Part shown: positions 47,964 to 58,176 of the stretch, in pieces
Numbering within the stretch: position 1 is the first letter of the stretch
Layout: every line of letters begins with the position of its first letter
NCBI GenBank assembly: GCA_049288935.1
Contig: JBAQIQ010000079.1
Span: 4,339-68,338 of the forward strand
Direction: 5' to 3'
Source: Candidatus Competibacteraceae bacterium
Lineage (GTDB): Bacteria; Pseudomonadota; Gammaproteobacteria; Competibacterales; Competibacteraceae
Length of the DNA: 64,000 bases
The notes under the pieces: model-generated
The model's database searches: none
Told to the model about the DNA's origin: nothing
Seen by the model: the letters and a program-made list of their open reading frames with translations, nothing else
Made by a program: the position numbers and the translations under genes

Positions 47964-48812
47964 TTAGAGCCGACTCAGCAGCTCGGTTTTTTTGGCGGCG
48001 AATTCCTCGGTGCTGAGGATTCCCTTGGCGTGCAGGTCAGCCAAACGCTCAAGCAGAGCAAAGATATCGTCCGCGCCGCCCGGCGCGGACGGTGCGTCCC
48101 TGTCGGGCGGCGTGGGCGATGCAACAGGCATGGATGAGGCAACGCCATCTACGGTCAGGACCGGCAGGCGCGCCACGTCCACCAGCCCGTACTGGCTGGA
48201 AAATGTCAATGACCCACCCGCACCCTGCTGCTGCGCAAATCCGCCGATTTGATGATCCAGCGTGTCGTAAAGCGTGACTCGGCCCCCGATGTCAATCGCC
48301 AGTCGCCGGGCTTGAGCAAAATAAGCGTAGCGCACGCCATGCTGAGCGCCGGTGCTGGTCGGCCAACGCAAATCTGCCCCCCACCAGTCGCCGAAACTGC
48401 CGGGGGCCGGCGGAACGAACAGGCTGACCGGCCCAACGGACCCCACACCGTTCTGCTGTTGCTGGCTGCCGCTGCAATGGGCTTGCTGCTGGCCATCGTC
48501 GCCGCCCTGGCTCTGCGACTGGAAACTGCCGCCGTACATCAGATCGGGCTGGTTCGCTACCCAGCCGGAGAGGTCGCTGCACAGCGCGTCAACCCGGCAT
48601 TTCAGCGCGTTGTTGAACATATCGGACACCATGGTCATCCCACCCTGCATCCATTGGCCAGCGCCGCCGAATTCGGGATGGTTAAATTGCGCCATACGGC
48701 CATGACCATTGATCACGGCGTCGAGCATGTTCAAAACGGCGGCTGGACTGAAACCATGGCGTTGCGCCAGATCATTGACGGCCTGCTGGCCAGCGGAAGA
48801 AAGCGCTCGCAT
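47964..48812 (-). CDS. hypothetical protein with a Q/G-rich central region and a C-terminal SHOCT-like motif
   Basis: The C-terminus DIFALLERLADLHAKGILSTEEFAAKKTELLSRL resembles the SHOCT short oligomerisation motif. The centre is low-complexity (GGSFQSQSQGGDDGQQQAHCSGSQQQQNG). Confidence 0.55.
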   Translation of the reverse strand: MRALSSAGQQAVNDLAQRHGFSPAAVLNMLDAVINGHGRMAQFNHPEFGGAGQWMQGGMTMVSDMFNNALKCRVDALCSDLSGWVANQPDLMYGGSFQSQSQGGDDGQQQAHCSGSQQQQNGVGSVGPVSLFVPPAPGSFGDWWGADLRWPTSTGAQHGVRYAYFAQARRLAIDIGGRVTLYDTLDHQIGGFAQQQGAGGSLTFSSQYGLVDVARLPVLTVDGVASSMPVASPTPPDRDAPSAPGGADDIFALLERLADLHAKGILSTEEFAAKKTELLSRL

Positions 48813-48950
48813 CGTGAAAGTTCCTGTTATTGGTGAAGGGCAAGGGTGCGAATTCGGTTTTTCACATCAATATGCAGCCCCAAATTCCGGGATCCAGCAG
48901 CAGAGATGCCGACAGGCTTAATTCTCTCCGCGAACGATCCATTCATCAAT

Positions 48951-49553
48951 TCAGTGTCCCTGACCCAACGGCTCATCGTCCCCGATCCGGCTGGGGGTTG
49001 GTCCGGTTTGCCGCTTGTATTTGGCATCCAGACGCTTGCCATAAGGTCGCAGCACGGGGCCGCTAAGCGTTTCAAAGCTGATCGCGCAAATCGCCATGCC
49101 GGGGCGCAGCGCCAGCGGCAGTTTGCCACTGTTGAAGCACTCCAGCACCACCGCGCCGTTCCAACCCGGATCAATGCGGTGCGCCGTCACATGCACCATC
49201 AAGCCCAGCCGGGCCAGGCTGGAGCGTCCGTCCAGCCAACCGACCAGATCATCCGGCACCGTAATCGTTTCCACCGTGGCGGCCAACGCCAGTTCGCCGG
49301 GATGAATGAAAAAGGCATCATCCGCTGCAATCCGAATTTCTTTGCTCATAATCCGGTTGATTGCGTGATCCACTTCCTCACGCGGTCCACTCAGATCGAT
49401 ATGGGATGCAGCGTGATCGTTGAACACCCGGAAGCGATGGCCCAGATGCAGGTCCACACTGACACCGTTGATGCGGTTGGGCAACGGACGCGGCTCGATG
49501 CAAATTTTGCCCTCGTCCAGATAACGTTCAATATCACGGTCACACAGGCGCAT
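48951..49553 (-). CDS. dcd: dCTP deaminase
   Basis: [21 protein letters not shown]... and [12 protein letters not shown]...LE. The start is set at the ATG at 49553, preceded by GGAAGGGGAA. The 255-aa track ORF is an upstream extension. Confidence 0.9.
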   Translation of the reverse strand: MRLCDRDIERYLDEGKICIEPRPLPNRINGVSVDLHLGHRFRVFNDHAASHIDLSGPREEVDHAINRIMSKEIRIAADDAFFIHPGELALAATVETITVPDDLVGWLDGRSSLARLGLMVHVTAHRIDPGWNGAVVLECFNSGKLPLALRPGMAICAISFETLSGPVLRPYGKRLDAKYKRQTGPTPSRIGDDEPLGQGH

Positions 49554-49577
49554 GAATGCGTTCCCCTTCCCGAAATG

Positions 49578-49599
49578 AAAAGCGCGGCCATCGCCGCGC
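49578..49599 (-). terminator. rho-independent terminator-like hairpin downstream of the 79-aa ORF
   Basis: On the minus strand: GCGCGGC, loop GATG, GCCGCGC, then TTTTCATTTC. This is a 7-bp all-G/C stem (49582-49599) followed by a T-run (49578-49581). It sits 14 nt after the stop of ORF 49613-49852 and just upstream of the dcd RBS. Confidence 0.6.
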
Positions 49600-49612
49600 C
49601 CGATGAGTCCGG

Positions 49613-49852
49613 TCAGTACACTCTGACCCTGACCTTCTTGCAACTGCGGTACTTGGTCCCGTGCCGCCAGTACTCGTTGCATACGGTCCGATATCGGTAT
49701 TGGGGCGTGGTGGCGCAAACCCGCTTAACCACCCGTCCATTGACAATGGTTTCCTTACACTTGGTCGCCGCCCCAGCCTCCTGGATCGGCAGGGCAAAGA
49801 GCCCCATCATCGCCAGCGCCGCCAACCCCCCTTTCAAGAACTGCAATTTCAT
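49613..49852 (-). CDS. small secreted basic protein with 4 Cys; hypothetical
   Basis: Signal peptide [28 protein letters not shown]. The mature ~50 aa is K/R/Y-rich with four Cys (KCKETIV...VCATT...VCNEY...SCKK). It is followed by its own hairpin terminator. Confidence 0.55.
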   Translation of the reverse strand: MKLQFLKGGLAALAMMGLFALPIQEAGAATKCKETIVNGRVVKRVCATTPQYRYRTVCNEYWRHGTKYRSCKKVRVRVY

Positions 49853-49917
49853 GGATAACCTCTCCTGCGTGGAATGGATTTAAAACACCGACTCGCCCAA
49901 CATATCCCCCGAAAGCT

Positions 49918-51009
49918 TTACGTATTCTGAATCACAATCTTCGGGAACCTGTGGCTGTAATTCCGTGCCTGCAAGGACAACCGGGCCGCAGCGCGGCGAG
50001 CGATCTCCCGGTACAACTCAGCGATGCGGCTGGTCGGTTCGGCAACCACCGTAGGGCGGCCACCGTCTGTTTCCTCACGAATGCGAATATCCAGCGGCAG
50101 GGACCCGAGAAACGAAACCTTCTGCTCCTCAGCCATGCGCTGGCCGCCGCCATCGCCAAAGATATGCTCTTCATGGCCGCACTTCGAGCAGATGTGAATG
50201 CTCATGTTCTCAACGACACCCAGCACCGGCACCTCGACCTTTTCGAACATTTTCAAACCCCGACGGGCGTCCAGCAAGGCGATATCCTGAGGCGTCGTCA
50301 CGATGATCGCCCCGCTGACTGGCACTTTTTGCGACAAAGTCAATTGGATATCGCCCGTACCCGGCGGCAGATCGATGATCAGATAGTCAAGATCATGCCA
50401 GCGGGTGTCCCGCAGCAACTGCTCCAGCGCCTGCGTCACCATCGGTCCACGCCAGATCATCGGCGTTTCTTCCTCAATCAGATAGCCGATGGACATGGAT
50501 TGAATATTATAGCTGACCACCGGCATCAGGGATTTGCCATCCGGCGACTCTGGCTGTTGGTGAGCGCCCAGCATCCGGGGCTGACTGGGGCCGTAAATGT
50601 CGGCGTCCAGTAACCCGACCCGCGCCCCCTCGATGCTCAAGGCCAGCGCCAGATTGACCGCCGTGGTCGATTTACCCACACCGCCCTTGCCGGAAGCAAC
50701 GGCGATGATGTTTTTAACTCCAGGCAGCGGTTTTAGCCCCTTTTGCACCTCATGCGCGATGATCTTGCTGTCTACGCGAATCGTGATATCGCCGGCGCCG
50801 GGCAGCGCCGTCAATCGGTCGCGCAACGCGGCAATCAACGTCTCCTGATAACCTGCCGCTGGAAAACCCAGCTCGACATCGACCTCAATCCGCCCCTCTT
50901 CGCTTCGTATCTGTTGAATGCATTTGGCGGTCACCAAATCCTGTTCGAGATAGGGGTCCACATAGCCCTTCAGGGCATTTTCCACATCGGTGCGCGCTAT
51001 GGCGGTCAT
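49918..51009 (-). CDS. apbC: iron-sulfur cluster carrier ATPase ApbC/Mrp
   Basis: AVASGKGGVGKSTTAVNLALAL and the CSKCGH cluster-ligand region. It is divergent from metG, as in E. coli. Confidence 0.92.
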   Translation of the reverse strand: MTAIARTDVENALKGYVDPYLEQDLVTAKCIQQIRSEEGRIEVDVELGFPAAGYQETLIAALRDRLTALPGAGDITIRVDSKIIAHEVQKGLKPLPGVKNIIAVASGKGGVGKSTTAVNLALALSIEGARVGLLDADIYGPSQPRMLGAHQQPESPDGKSLMPVVSYNIQSMSIGYLIEEETPMIWRGPMVTQALEQLLRDTRWHDLDYLIIDLPPGTGDIQLTLSQKVPVSGAIIVTTPQDIALLDARRGLKMFEKVEVPVLGVVENMSIHICSKCGHEEHIFGDGGGQRMAEEQKVSFLGSLPLDIRIREETDGGRPTVVAEPTSRIAELYREIARRAAARLSLQARNYSHRFPKIVIQNT

Positions 51010-51170
51010 CAGTCCAATTCCTCATAATCATCAATGCAATGGGTAAACAACAAGATAGCCATTGGTTAACCGGCTATCGATCAAGTTCCATACCAACCTG
51101 GCGGATGACAGCCAGGCGGCAATGCTGCTAACGTAACGGCCCTTTCGACCGACTGCCAACGATACGCACC

Positions 51171-53201
51171 ATGAACCACCCCACCCGCCGAATCCTTGTC
51201 ACCAGCGCCCTGCCTTACGCCAACGGCCCGATCCATATCGGTCACCTGGTGGAGTATATTCAGACCGATATCTGGGTGCGTTTCCAGAAACTGCGCGGCC
51301 ACGAATGCTACTACCTCTGCGCCGATGATGCGCACGGCACACCGATCATGCTGCGCGCTGAGCAGGACGGCCTGACTCCGGAACAGCTCATTGAGCGCAT
51401 CTGGCAGGAACATCGCGCCGATTTTGCCGATTTCCTGATCGAATTCGACAACTATTATTCAACGCATTCCCCGGAAAATCGTCATTACGCGGAATTGATT
51501 TATAACCGGCTGGACGCCGCCGGACACATCAACCGCCGGGTGATTACGCAAGCCTTTGATCCCGAAAAGCAGATGTTCCTGCCGGATCGCTTTATCAAAG
51601 GCGAATGCCCGCGTTGTGGCGCGGCTGACCAATATGGCGATAGCTGCGAAAGTTGCGGCGCAACCTATGCGCCCACCGACTTGAAGAATCCCCGCTCGGT
51701 TATCTCCGGCGCAACGCCGATCACCAAAGAATCGCTGCACCTCTTTTTCAAGCTGGCCGATTTTGAAGCCATGCTGAAGGACTGGATTAACAGTGGGCCG
51801 ATCCAGATGCAGATGGCCAACAAGCTCAACGAATGGTTCACCGCTGGCTTGCAGGAATGGGATATCTCCCGCGATGCGCCTTACTGGGGCTTCGAGATTC
51901 CCAATGCCCCCGGCAAGTATTTCTACGTCTGGCTGGATGCGCCGATTGGCTACATGGCCAGTTTCCAAAACTATTGCGACCGCACTGGGCTGAATTTCAA
52001 CGAGTTCTGGAATCCTGACAGCACCGCCGAGGTGTATCACTTTATCGGCAAGGATATCGCCTATTTTCACATCCTGTTCTGGCCGGCGGAACTGACCGGG
52101 GCGGGCTTCCGCAAACCGACAGCAGTGCATTGCCACGGTTTCCTGACGGTGGACGGGCAGAAGATGTCGAAATCACGCGGCACCTTCATCAAAGCTCGCA
52201 CCTATCTCGACTATCTGCACCCGGAATATTTGCGCTACTACTTCGCCACCAAGTTGAATGATGGCATCGACGACCTTGATCTGAATTTCGAGGACTTCCT
52301 GCAACGGGTCAACAGTGATCTGGTCGGCAAGGTCGTCAATATCGCCAGTCGCAGCGCCAGTTTTATTAACCGTCGCTTTAATGGCCAACTGGCCAGCAGC
52401 TTGGCGGAACCGGTGCTCTATGCCGAATTTGTGGTCGCCAGCGACTCCATCGCTCAGGCTTATGAGCAGCGGGAATTCGGGCGGGCGATGCGCGAAATCA
52501 TGGCGTTGGCCGACCGCGCTAATCAGTATATTGATGAGAAAAAACCGTGGGCGCTGGCAAAACAACCCGGCTCAGTGACGGAGGTACAGGCTGTTTGCAG
52601 CATGGGACTCAATTTGTTCCGGCTGCTGGCTCTCTATCTCAAACCGGTGCTGCCTGGCGTCGCTGCTCAAGTCGAGCAATTTCTGCAAATTCCACCGTTA
52701 TGCTGGAATGATCTGGCGACGCCACTGCTGGATCACACGATTGCCGAATTTAAACCGCTGATGCAGCGGGTGGAGACGGCGCAAATTACGGCCATGATCC
52801 AGGCTTCCAGAGAAAATCAACCGGCGGGAGAAACACCGGCCCCGCCCGCCGGACCGCTGGTGGATGATCCCATTAGCCCCACAATCACCATTGATGACTT
52901 CGCCAGAGTTGATCTGCGGGTCGCACGGATTGTCAAAGCGGAGGCGGTGGCTGGCGCCGATAAACTGGTGCGGCTGGAACTGGATTTGGGCGAGGAGGTA
53001 CGGCAAGTGTTTGCCGGTATTAAATCCGCTTATGCGCCCGAAGATTTACTGGGCCAGCTCACGGTGATGGTCGCTAACCTCGCTCCACGCAAAATGCGCT
53101 TCGGCGTCTCCGAGGGCATGGTGCTGGCGGCAGGTGGCAAAAGCGGAATTTACTTACTGACCCCTGATAGCGGCGCGGAACCGGGGATGCGGGTGAAATA
53201 A
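51171..53201 (+). CDS. metG: methionine--tRNA ligase
   Basis: [19 protein letters not shown] (HIGH), KMSKS, a CPRCG...CESCG zinc knuckle, and a C-terminal tRNA-binding (EMAP-like) domain. Confidence 0.97.
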   Translation: MNHPTRRILVTSALPYANGPIHIGHLVEYIQTDIWVRFQKLRGHECYYLCADDAHGTPIMLRAEQDGLTPEQLIERIWQEHRADFADFLIEFDNYYSTHSPENRHYAELIYNRLDAAGHINRRVITQAFDPEKQMFLPDRFIKGECPRCGAADQYGDSCESCGATYAPTDLKNPRSVISGATPITKESLHLFFKLADFEAMLKDWINSGPIQMQMANKLNEWFTAGLQEWDISRDAPYWGFEIPNAPGKYFYVWLDAPIGYMASFQNYCDRTGLNFNEFWNPDSTAEVYHFIGKDIAYFHILFWPAELTGAGFRKPTAVHCHGFLTVDGQKMSKSRGTFIKARTYLDYLHPEYLRYYFATKLNDGIDDLDLNFEDFLQRVNSDLVGKVVNIASRSASFINRRFNGQLASSLAEPVLYAEFVVASDSIAQAYEQREFGRAMREIMALADRANQYIDEKKPWALAKQPGSVTEVQAVCSMGLNLFRLLALYLKPVLPGVAAQVEQFLQIPPLCWNDLATPLLDHTIAEFKPLMQRVETAQITAMIQASRENQPAGETPAPPAGPLVDDPISPTITIDDFARVDLRVARIVKAEAVAGADKLVRLELDLGEEVRQVFAGIKSAYAPEDLLGQLTVMVANLAPRKMRFGVSEGMVLAAGGKSGIYLLTPDSGAEPGMRVK

Positions 53202-53399
53202 TCCGTCAGTATTTCGAGTCAAACGCTGTTAGGCGGTTGGGAAGTCATTTTCCCCTCGCATCGGGCGTTTGGCTTCTGAATAGAGCTTTCTAGCAACATC
53301 ATTGCCGCTTCAGCAGGAGTGGCGAAAAGCAAAAATCCTGCAAATTTGGGGTCAATGGGTCGTTGGCACTAAGTAAGCCCAACAGGAGCGATAACAGCG

Positions 53400-54914
53400 A
53401 TGGAAATCCCAGGTTACACCATCGTGCGCAAGCTTGGCGAAGGTCACATGGCGACGGTCTACCTTGCCACTCAGGGTCGATTGAACCGCCATGTCGCTTT
53501 AAAAGTATTGAATCCCGCGCTGGCGGCCAATGACCGTTTTACTGAGCGATTCATCAATGAAGGACGAGTCATTGACCTGCTTCGACATCCACAAATCGTT
53601 CCTTTATTTGAGTTCAATTTTTACGAGCATTATTATTATTTTTCCATGGAGTTCCTGCCCAGTGGAACCCTGGTGCAATATATTCAACAGGGACTGATCC
53701 CAGACCGTGCTTTAGTCATCACGCGACTGATCGCTGAGGCGCTTGCTTACGCCCATCAGCGCGGTGTTATCCACCGTGATCTTAAACCTAAAAATATCCT
53801 TTTTCGCCAGGATAATACGCCAGTTCTAACCGATTTCGGCATCGCCAGGGTCATGGATGCCGACTCGACCCTGACCTTTCGGCAAGCAGCGATTGATAAC
53901 CCGCGTTATATCAGTCCCGAGCAGGCCGCTAGTCAACCGCTCGATGCACGCTCGGATATCTACAGTCTCGGCGTCATTCTTTATGAGATGCTCACTCAGC
54001 AACACCCTTTTCCAGCGAGTGATGTCATTGAACTGCTCAAAATGCAGGACACCCTCCCGGAACTACCGAGCGAACTGACTCGTCTTCAGCCGGTTTTAGA
54101 TAAAATGCTGGCAAAAAAACCGGAGGATCGTTTTGATAGTGCTGATCACTTAATTCAAGCACTTGAACAGGTTCAGGCGGGTCATTTTTCTCCTCTCCAT
54201 CATGTCATTGACTTGCCCGTTGACACTCGTATGGACGATGCATTGATCACCCATACCGAGTTGATTAAAGAGCCCCTATGGACACATTGGCAAGATGATA
54301 AAAATCAAAGCGCCGCGTCTGCTGCGGTCCAATCAGAAACTCCAAAACCCGTTCGATCAACACTGGTTTGGGCTATCAGCGGTTCATTATCGCTGATCAT
54401 GGTGGCCGCAACCGGCGCTTACCTGACTTTATTCCGTCCAACCCCCCTTGAACCCAGGGCGCTGCAAGCACCACAATTTTCCAATTCGCCGACACTGCGC
54501 GATCAGGCAACCTCTGAACCAGACAACCAGAATCGCACTGGCGATGATGCCGCACAACGCCAAGCACAGGATCTTGCTCGCCGACAGATTATCGAAGAAA
54601 AACTGCAACGCAGTATTGAGGAAGAGGTCAAGCGCCAGGCCCTCGAAGCCGAACGGTTGCGTAAAGCGGAAGACGAGGCAAAACGCCAGGCCACTCAACC
54701 GGCCCCCCGTCAAACGCCTGCTGTAGTCAATCGTAAACCTTCTGAGCCAGTTCGCCCGGCGATCATTCCCGAAATAAAGCCCAAAGCTGTCGCAGGAGCT
54801 GGCTCAAGTAAAACATCGCAGAATCGCCGCTGTGGAAATATCCTGAGCCGTATTACACTGGGAGAGCCGGTTTCAAATGAAGATCTTGAATTCGTTAAGA
54901 AGGAGTGCCGATGA
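53400..54914 (+). CDS. membrane-spanning Hanks-type Ser/Thr protein kinase (paralog of 13724-16708)
   Basis: MEIPGYTIVRKLGEGHMATVYLA, VALKVL, HRDLKPKNILF, DFGIAR, SPEQ. One TM helix (LVWAISGSLSLIMVAATGAYLTLF), then an E/K/R/Q-rich coiled coil and a short Cys-containing tail. Confidence 0.85.
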   Translation: MEIPGYTIVRKLGEGHMATVYLATQGRLNRHVALKVLNPALAANDRFTERFINEGRVIDLLRHPQIVPLFEFNFYEHYYYFSMEFLPSGTLVQYIQQGLIPDRALVITRLIAEALAYAHQRGVIHRDLKPKNILFRQDNTPVLTDFGIARVMDADSTLTFRQAAIDNPRYISPEQAASQPLDARSDIYSLGVILYEMLTQQHPFPASDVIELLKMQDTLPELPSELTRLQPVLDKMLAKKPEDRFDSADHLIQALEQVQAGHFSPLHHVIDLPVDTRMDDALITHTELIKEPLWTHWQDDKNQSAASAAVQSETPKPVRSTLVWAISGSLSLIMVAATGAYLTLFRPTPLEPRALQAPQFSNSPTLRDQATSEPDNQNRTGDDAAQRQAQDLARRQIIEEKLQRSIEEEVKRQALEAERLRKAEDEAKRQATQPAPRQTPAVVNRKPSEPVRPAIIPEIKPKAVAGAGSSKTSQNRRCGNILSRITLGEPVSNEDLEFVKKECR

Positions 54915-56182
54915 TGACAACAACCCTGTTTTTTAACCCTGCCAAACGCAGCCGTCTTTTGATCACTCTGGCGCTCGGCGCAGCACTGAGCGCATGTGCG
55001 ACCTCACCAATACCTTCCTCGTCAGACGCCGCTGCTTCTCCTCCACCGGTTCCGGTTCTGCCTTTCGATGAAGCGGTGTTGAAAGCAGCAAATGATCTGT
55101 TCAGCAAGGCGCAAACCCCACCAACGGATGCCGCTTCTTCGGCCAAATACACTCTGGTCATTGATCCGCTCATCGATGGAATGACGGGCAACCAGTCGAC
55201 AGCCACGCTATCAATGCAATCCCGCATTGAGCAATTAGCGCGTGATAAATATCCACAATTCGATTTGCAACCCTTCACGGCGGCCACAGTCGAGAAGTCG
55301 CCCATTGTTCTGGTAGGGACCTTCACCCCGGTGAATCAGGAAGGCAAGACCGAAGGAACCCGGGCATCCTATCGGATTTGCCTGGCGCTGGCTGATCTCC
55401 AATCCGGCAAGATCGTCGCCAAAGGCGTCGCCCGCGCACAATTGCAAGGCGTTGACGCCAAGCCGACCCGATATTTTCGCGACAGCCCCGCCTGGAGCAA
55501 AGATCCAGCCACCGAGGGTTACATCAAAACCTGCCAGGGCACCAAGCCTGGAGATCCGATTAACCCGGTTTACACCAGTCGGATCAAGACCGCCGCTCTC
55601 ATCAGCGCGGCGATTGAAGACTACAATGCCGGACGCTATCAACAAGCACTTGATCAATATCAGGCGGTTCTGGCCATGCCGGGTGGTGAGCAATTGCGCG
55701 CATACAATGGCATCTATCTCGCCAATGCAAAGTTAGGTCGTCGCGACGCAGCAACTCAATCCTTCGGTCAACTCGTTAACTACGGTCTCGCTAACAAGCG
55801 CCTGGCCATCAAGTTTCTATTCAAGCCCGGTTCAACGGCGTTCCTGTCGAATCCTCAGGCTACCGGTTCCTATCCGCTGTGGCTAAAGCAGATTGCGACG
55901 CACACCGCGAAAAGCAATACCTGCCTTGAAATCACCGGACACACCAGCCCCAGCGGGCCGGAGCCAATCAATGAACGGTTGTCGCTGCGGCGGGCTGAAT
56001 ACATTCAGCAGCGCCTGGCATCCCAAGCTTCAGCGCTCGGCAAGCGCACTGTCGCGACTGGTAAAGGTTCCCGTGAGGCGCTGGTCGGTACGGGGAAAGA
56101 TGATATCACTGATGCACTCGACCGCCGGGTGAGCTTCGAAGTCATTGATTGCGCCACTTCGAGCGTCGCCACCGGATCGTGA
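54911..56182 (+). CDS. lipoprotein with a TPR-like segment and a C-terminal OmpA-like peptidoglycan-binding domain
   Basis: Lipobox LGAALSAC. OmpA_C motifs are CLEITGHTSPSG, NERLSLRRAEYIQQRL and ALDRRVSFEVI. AAGGAG lies 6 nt upstream of the ATG at 54911, which overlaps the kinase stop codon (ATGA). Confidence 0.75.
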   Translation: MMTTTLFFNPAKRSRLLITLALGAALSACATSPIPSSSDAAASPPPVPVLPFDEAVLKAANDLFSKAQTPPTDAASSAKYTLVIDPLIDGMTGNQSTATLSMQSRIEQLARDKYPQFDLQPFTAATVEKSPIVLVGTFTPVNQEGKTEGTRASYRICLALADLQSGKIVAKGVARAQLQGVDAKPTRYFRDSPAWSKDPATEGYIKTCQGTKPGDPINPVYTSRIKTAALISAAIEDYNAGRYQQALDQYQAVLAMPGGEQLRAYNGIYLANAKLGRRDAATQSFGQLVNYGLANKRLAIKFLFKPGSTAFLSNPQATGSYPLWLKQIATHTAKSNTCLEITGHTSPSGPEPINERLSLRRAEYIQQRLASQASALGKRTVATGKGSREALVGTGKDDITDALDRRVSFEVIDCATSSVATGS

Positions 56183-56283
56183 TGCCGGCTGCCGAAACCT
56201 GCTGCGCCGCCCTGGCCAATGTTGACGCCACGGGCGGCGGCTGTTCACAGTGCCAGAATATTCTGCGGGCTGACTGAAATCCA

Positions 56284-58176
56284 TCATGACGCCGGTCGCC
56301 GCCCGGCCCGCTGCTCCACCCATAATTGATCCCGCAATCCCGACGAGCGCCGCAACCGCCTCTCGACCGCTGCTTCGAACACCGCTGGAACTCCGTAAAA
56401 CACGGCTTGCTGCTTGGCCCGCGTCAACGCTGTATACAGCAGTTCCCGACTCAATACCGGCGATGATTCATTCGGCGTCACCACCAACACCCGCTCGAAT
56501 TCCGACCCCTGGCTTTTATGCACGGTCATTGCGTAAACCGTTTCATGCTCTGGCAATCGCGCCGGCGCGAAACTCCGCAACGCACCATCGTTGCCCAGAA
56601 AAAACACCTTCATCCGCTCCGGTTCTTCCGGGTCCGGCAGAGTGATGCCGATGTCGCCGTTGAACAGGCGCAAGTTGTAGTCATTGCGGACCACCATGAT
56701 CGGTCGCCCGGGATACCAGTTCTGGCGGCTATCGATCAATCCCCGTTGCTGTAAAACCCTTTCGCACAACGGATTCAACGCCTCCACCCCGAAGGGTCCC
56801 TGACGCAGCGCCACCAAGACCCGGAAACGGTTGAACTGTGAAAACACCACGGCGGGCGCCGCCCCCGCCTGCACTGCCTCCAGATAGGGGGTAAACCCGG
56901 TCGCCACCGGTTCCGCCAATTGCTCTGGCAAGGCTGCGCTATCGGCCAGGTCATGCCAGTCAATGTCGGCGCGACTGCCCAACAGCGTCGTCGCTTCCGC
57001 CGACCGGCCCCGATTCACCGCCTGCGCCAGCGCGCCAATGCCACTGTCTGCGCCGAATCGGTAGCTATGCCGCAGCAATACAATTGCGTCCACCAGCGGC
57101 GAGGGTGATTCCTTACCTCGCGGCAACGCTTCATTCGTCAACGCTGCTAACTGCGCCTGAAATTCCGGGGAAAACCGCCCGGCTCCCGTACACAGATCGC
57201 CCAGCACCGCCCCGGCGTCTACCGAAGCCAATTGATCCTTGTCGCCCAGCAAAATCAGCCGCGTCGAAGGCAGCAATGCATCAACCGTTTTCGCCAACAA
57301 CGCCAACCCGACCATGGACACCTCGTCCACCACCAACACATCCAGCGGCAAGGGATGGTCAGCGTTATAGCGAAAATACACCGAACCGGGCCGGCTGCCG
57401 AGCAAGCGATGTAAAGTGGACGCCTCTTCAGGAATTTGCGCGGCCTGTTTCGGCGTCAGCCCCAATCCTGGCTTGGCGGCGCGAATCGACTCCTGCATTC
57501 GCGCCGCCGCCTTGCCGGTGGGCGCCGCCAGCGCAATGCGCAACGGTCGCTCGGACTGCCCGGTCAACAGCGCCAAAATTTTCAATACGGTGCTGGTCTT
57601 GCCGGTGCCGGGGCCACCGGAAATCACACAAACCCGCTTGAGCGCCGCTACCGCCGCTGCGACCTTCTGCCAGTCCGGCCCGATCAACGCCGAATGACGG
57701 GGAAACAGTCGGTTGAGATCGGTGCGCAATTGCGCCTCATTGATTCCGGCTGAGGCTTCCTGCGCCCGCCGCCGTAGATCGAGAGCCAGCCGTTGCTCAT
57801 ACTGCCAATAACGGTAGAGATACAACCGGCCTCGGCGGTCAATGATCAAGGGCTGGCGCTCGCCGGGCCGGCCTACCACCGGACTGGAGCGCACTGCGTC
57901 GAGCCACTCGCTCATGGACGACAGCGTGAATGCGGGCGGCTTCACCCCTCCCCGTTCCGTGATGGCCTGCCAGCGCCGCGCCCACTGGCGCAGGTTGACG
58001 CAAATATCGCCTTGACCGGTGGCGTGACTGGCCAGCGCCGCCGCCAGCGCCAGTTCTGGTGAGTCACCGCCCGCCAACCGCTCCATAAATCGGGCGAAAT
58101 GCACATCCAAATCGTTCAATGTCCCCTGTTGATGCAGCATTGGCAGGAGATCGTGAGTCAGCAGATTTTCAGTCAT
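56284..58176 (-). CDS. recD: exodeoxyribonuclease V subunit alpha
   Basis: ISGGPGTGKTSTVLKIL (Walker A), VLVVDEVSMV, TVHKSQGSEF. Its start overlaps the recB stop by 4 nt. Confidence 0.9.
   Translation of the reverse strand: MTENLLTHDLLPMLHQQGTLNDLDVHFARFMERLAGGDSPELALAAALASHATGQGDICVNLRQWARRWQAITERGGVKPPAFTLSSMSEWLDAVRSSPVVGRPGERQPLIIDRRGRLYLYRYWQYEQRLALDLRRRAQEASAGINEAQLRTDLNRLFPRHSALIGPDWQKVAAAVAALKRVCVISGGPGTGKTSTVLKILALLTGQSERPLRIALAAPTGKAAARMQESIRAAKPGLGLTPKQAAQIPEEASTLHRLLGSRPGSVYFRYNADHPLPLDVLVVDEVSMVGLALLAKTVDALLPSTRLILLGDKDQLASVDAGAVLGDLCTGAGRFSPEFQAQLAALTNEALPRGKESPSPLVDAIVLLRHSYRFGADSGIGALAQAVNRGRSAEATTLLGSRADIDWHDLADSAALPEQLAEPVATGFTPYLEAVQAGAAPAVVFSQFNRFRVLVALRQGPFGVEALNPLCERVLQQRGLIDSRQNWYPGRPIMVVRNDYNLRLFNGDIGITLPDPEEPERMKVFFLGNDGALRSFAPARLPEHETVYAMTVHKSQGSEFERVLVVTPNESSPVLSRELLYTALTRAKQQAVFYGVPAVFEAAVERRLRRSSGLRDQLWVEQRAGRRPAS

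Noticed and set aside
53364-53378. Sigma-54-like element TGGCAC-N5-AAGC upstream of the second kinase. A similar TGGCAACTTTGCA occurs at 30524-30536, and TGGCAC at ~17208.
   Set aside because: At 53364 the GG-N10-GC spacing fits, but the implied start site would fall downstream of the AGGAG RBS. At 30524 the GG-GC spacing is 3 nt too short. At 17208 the -12 GC is missing.
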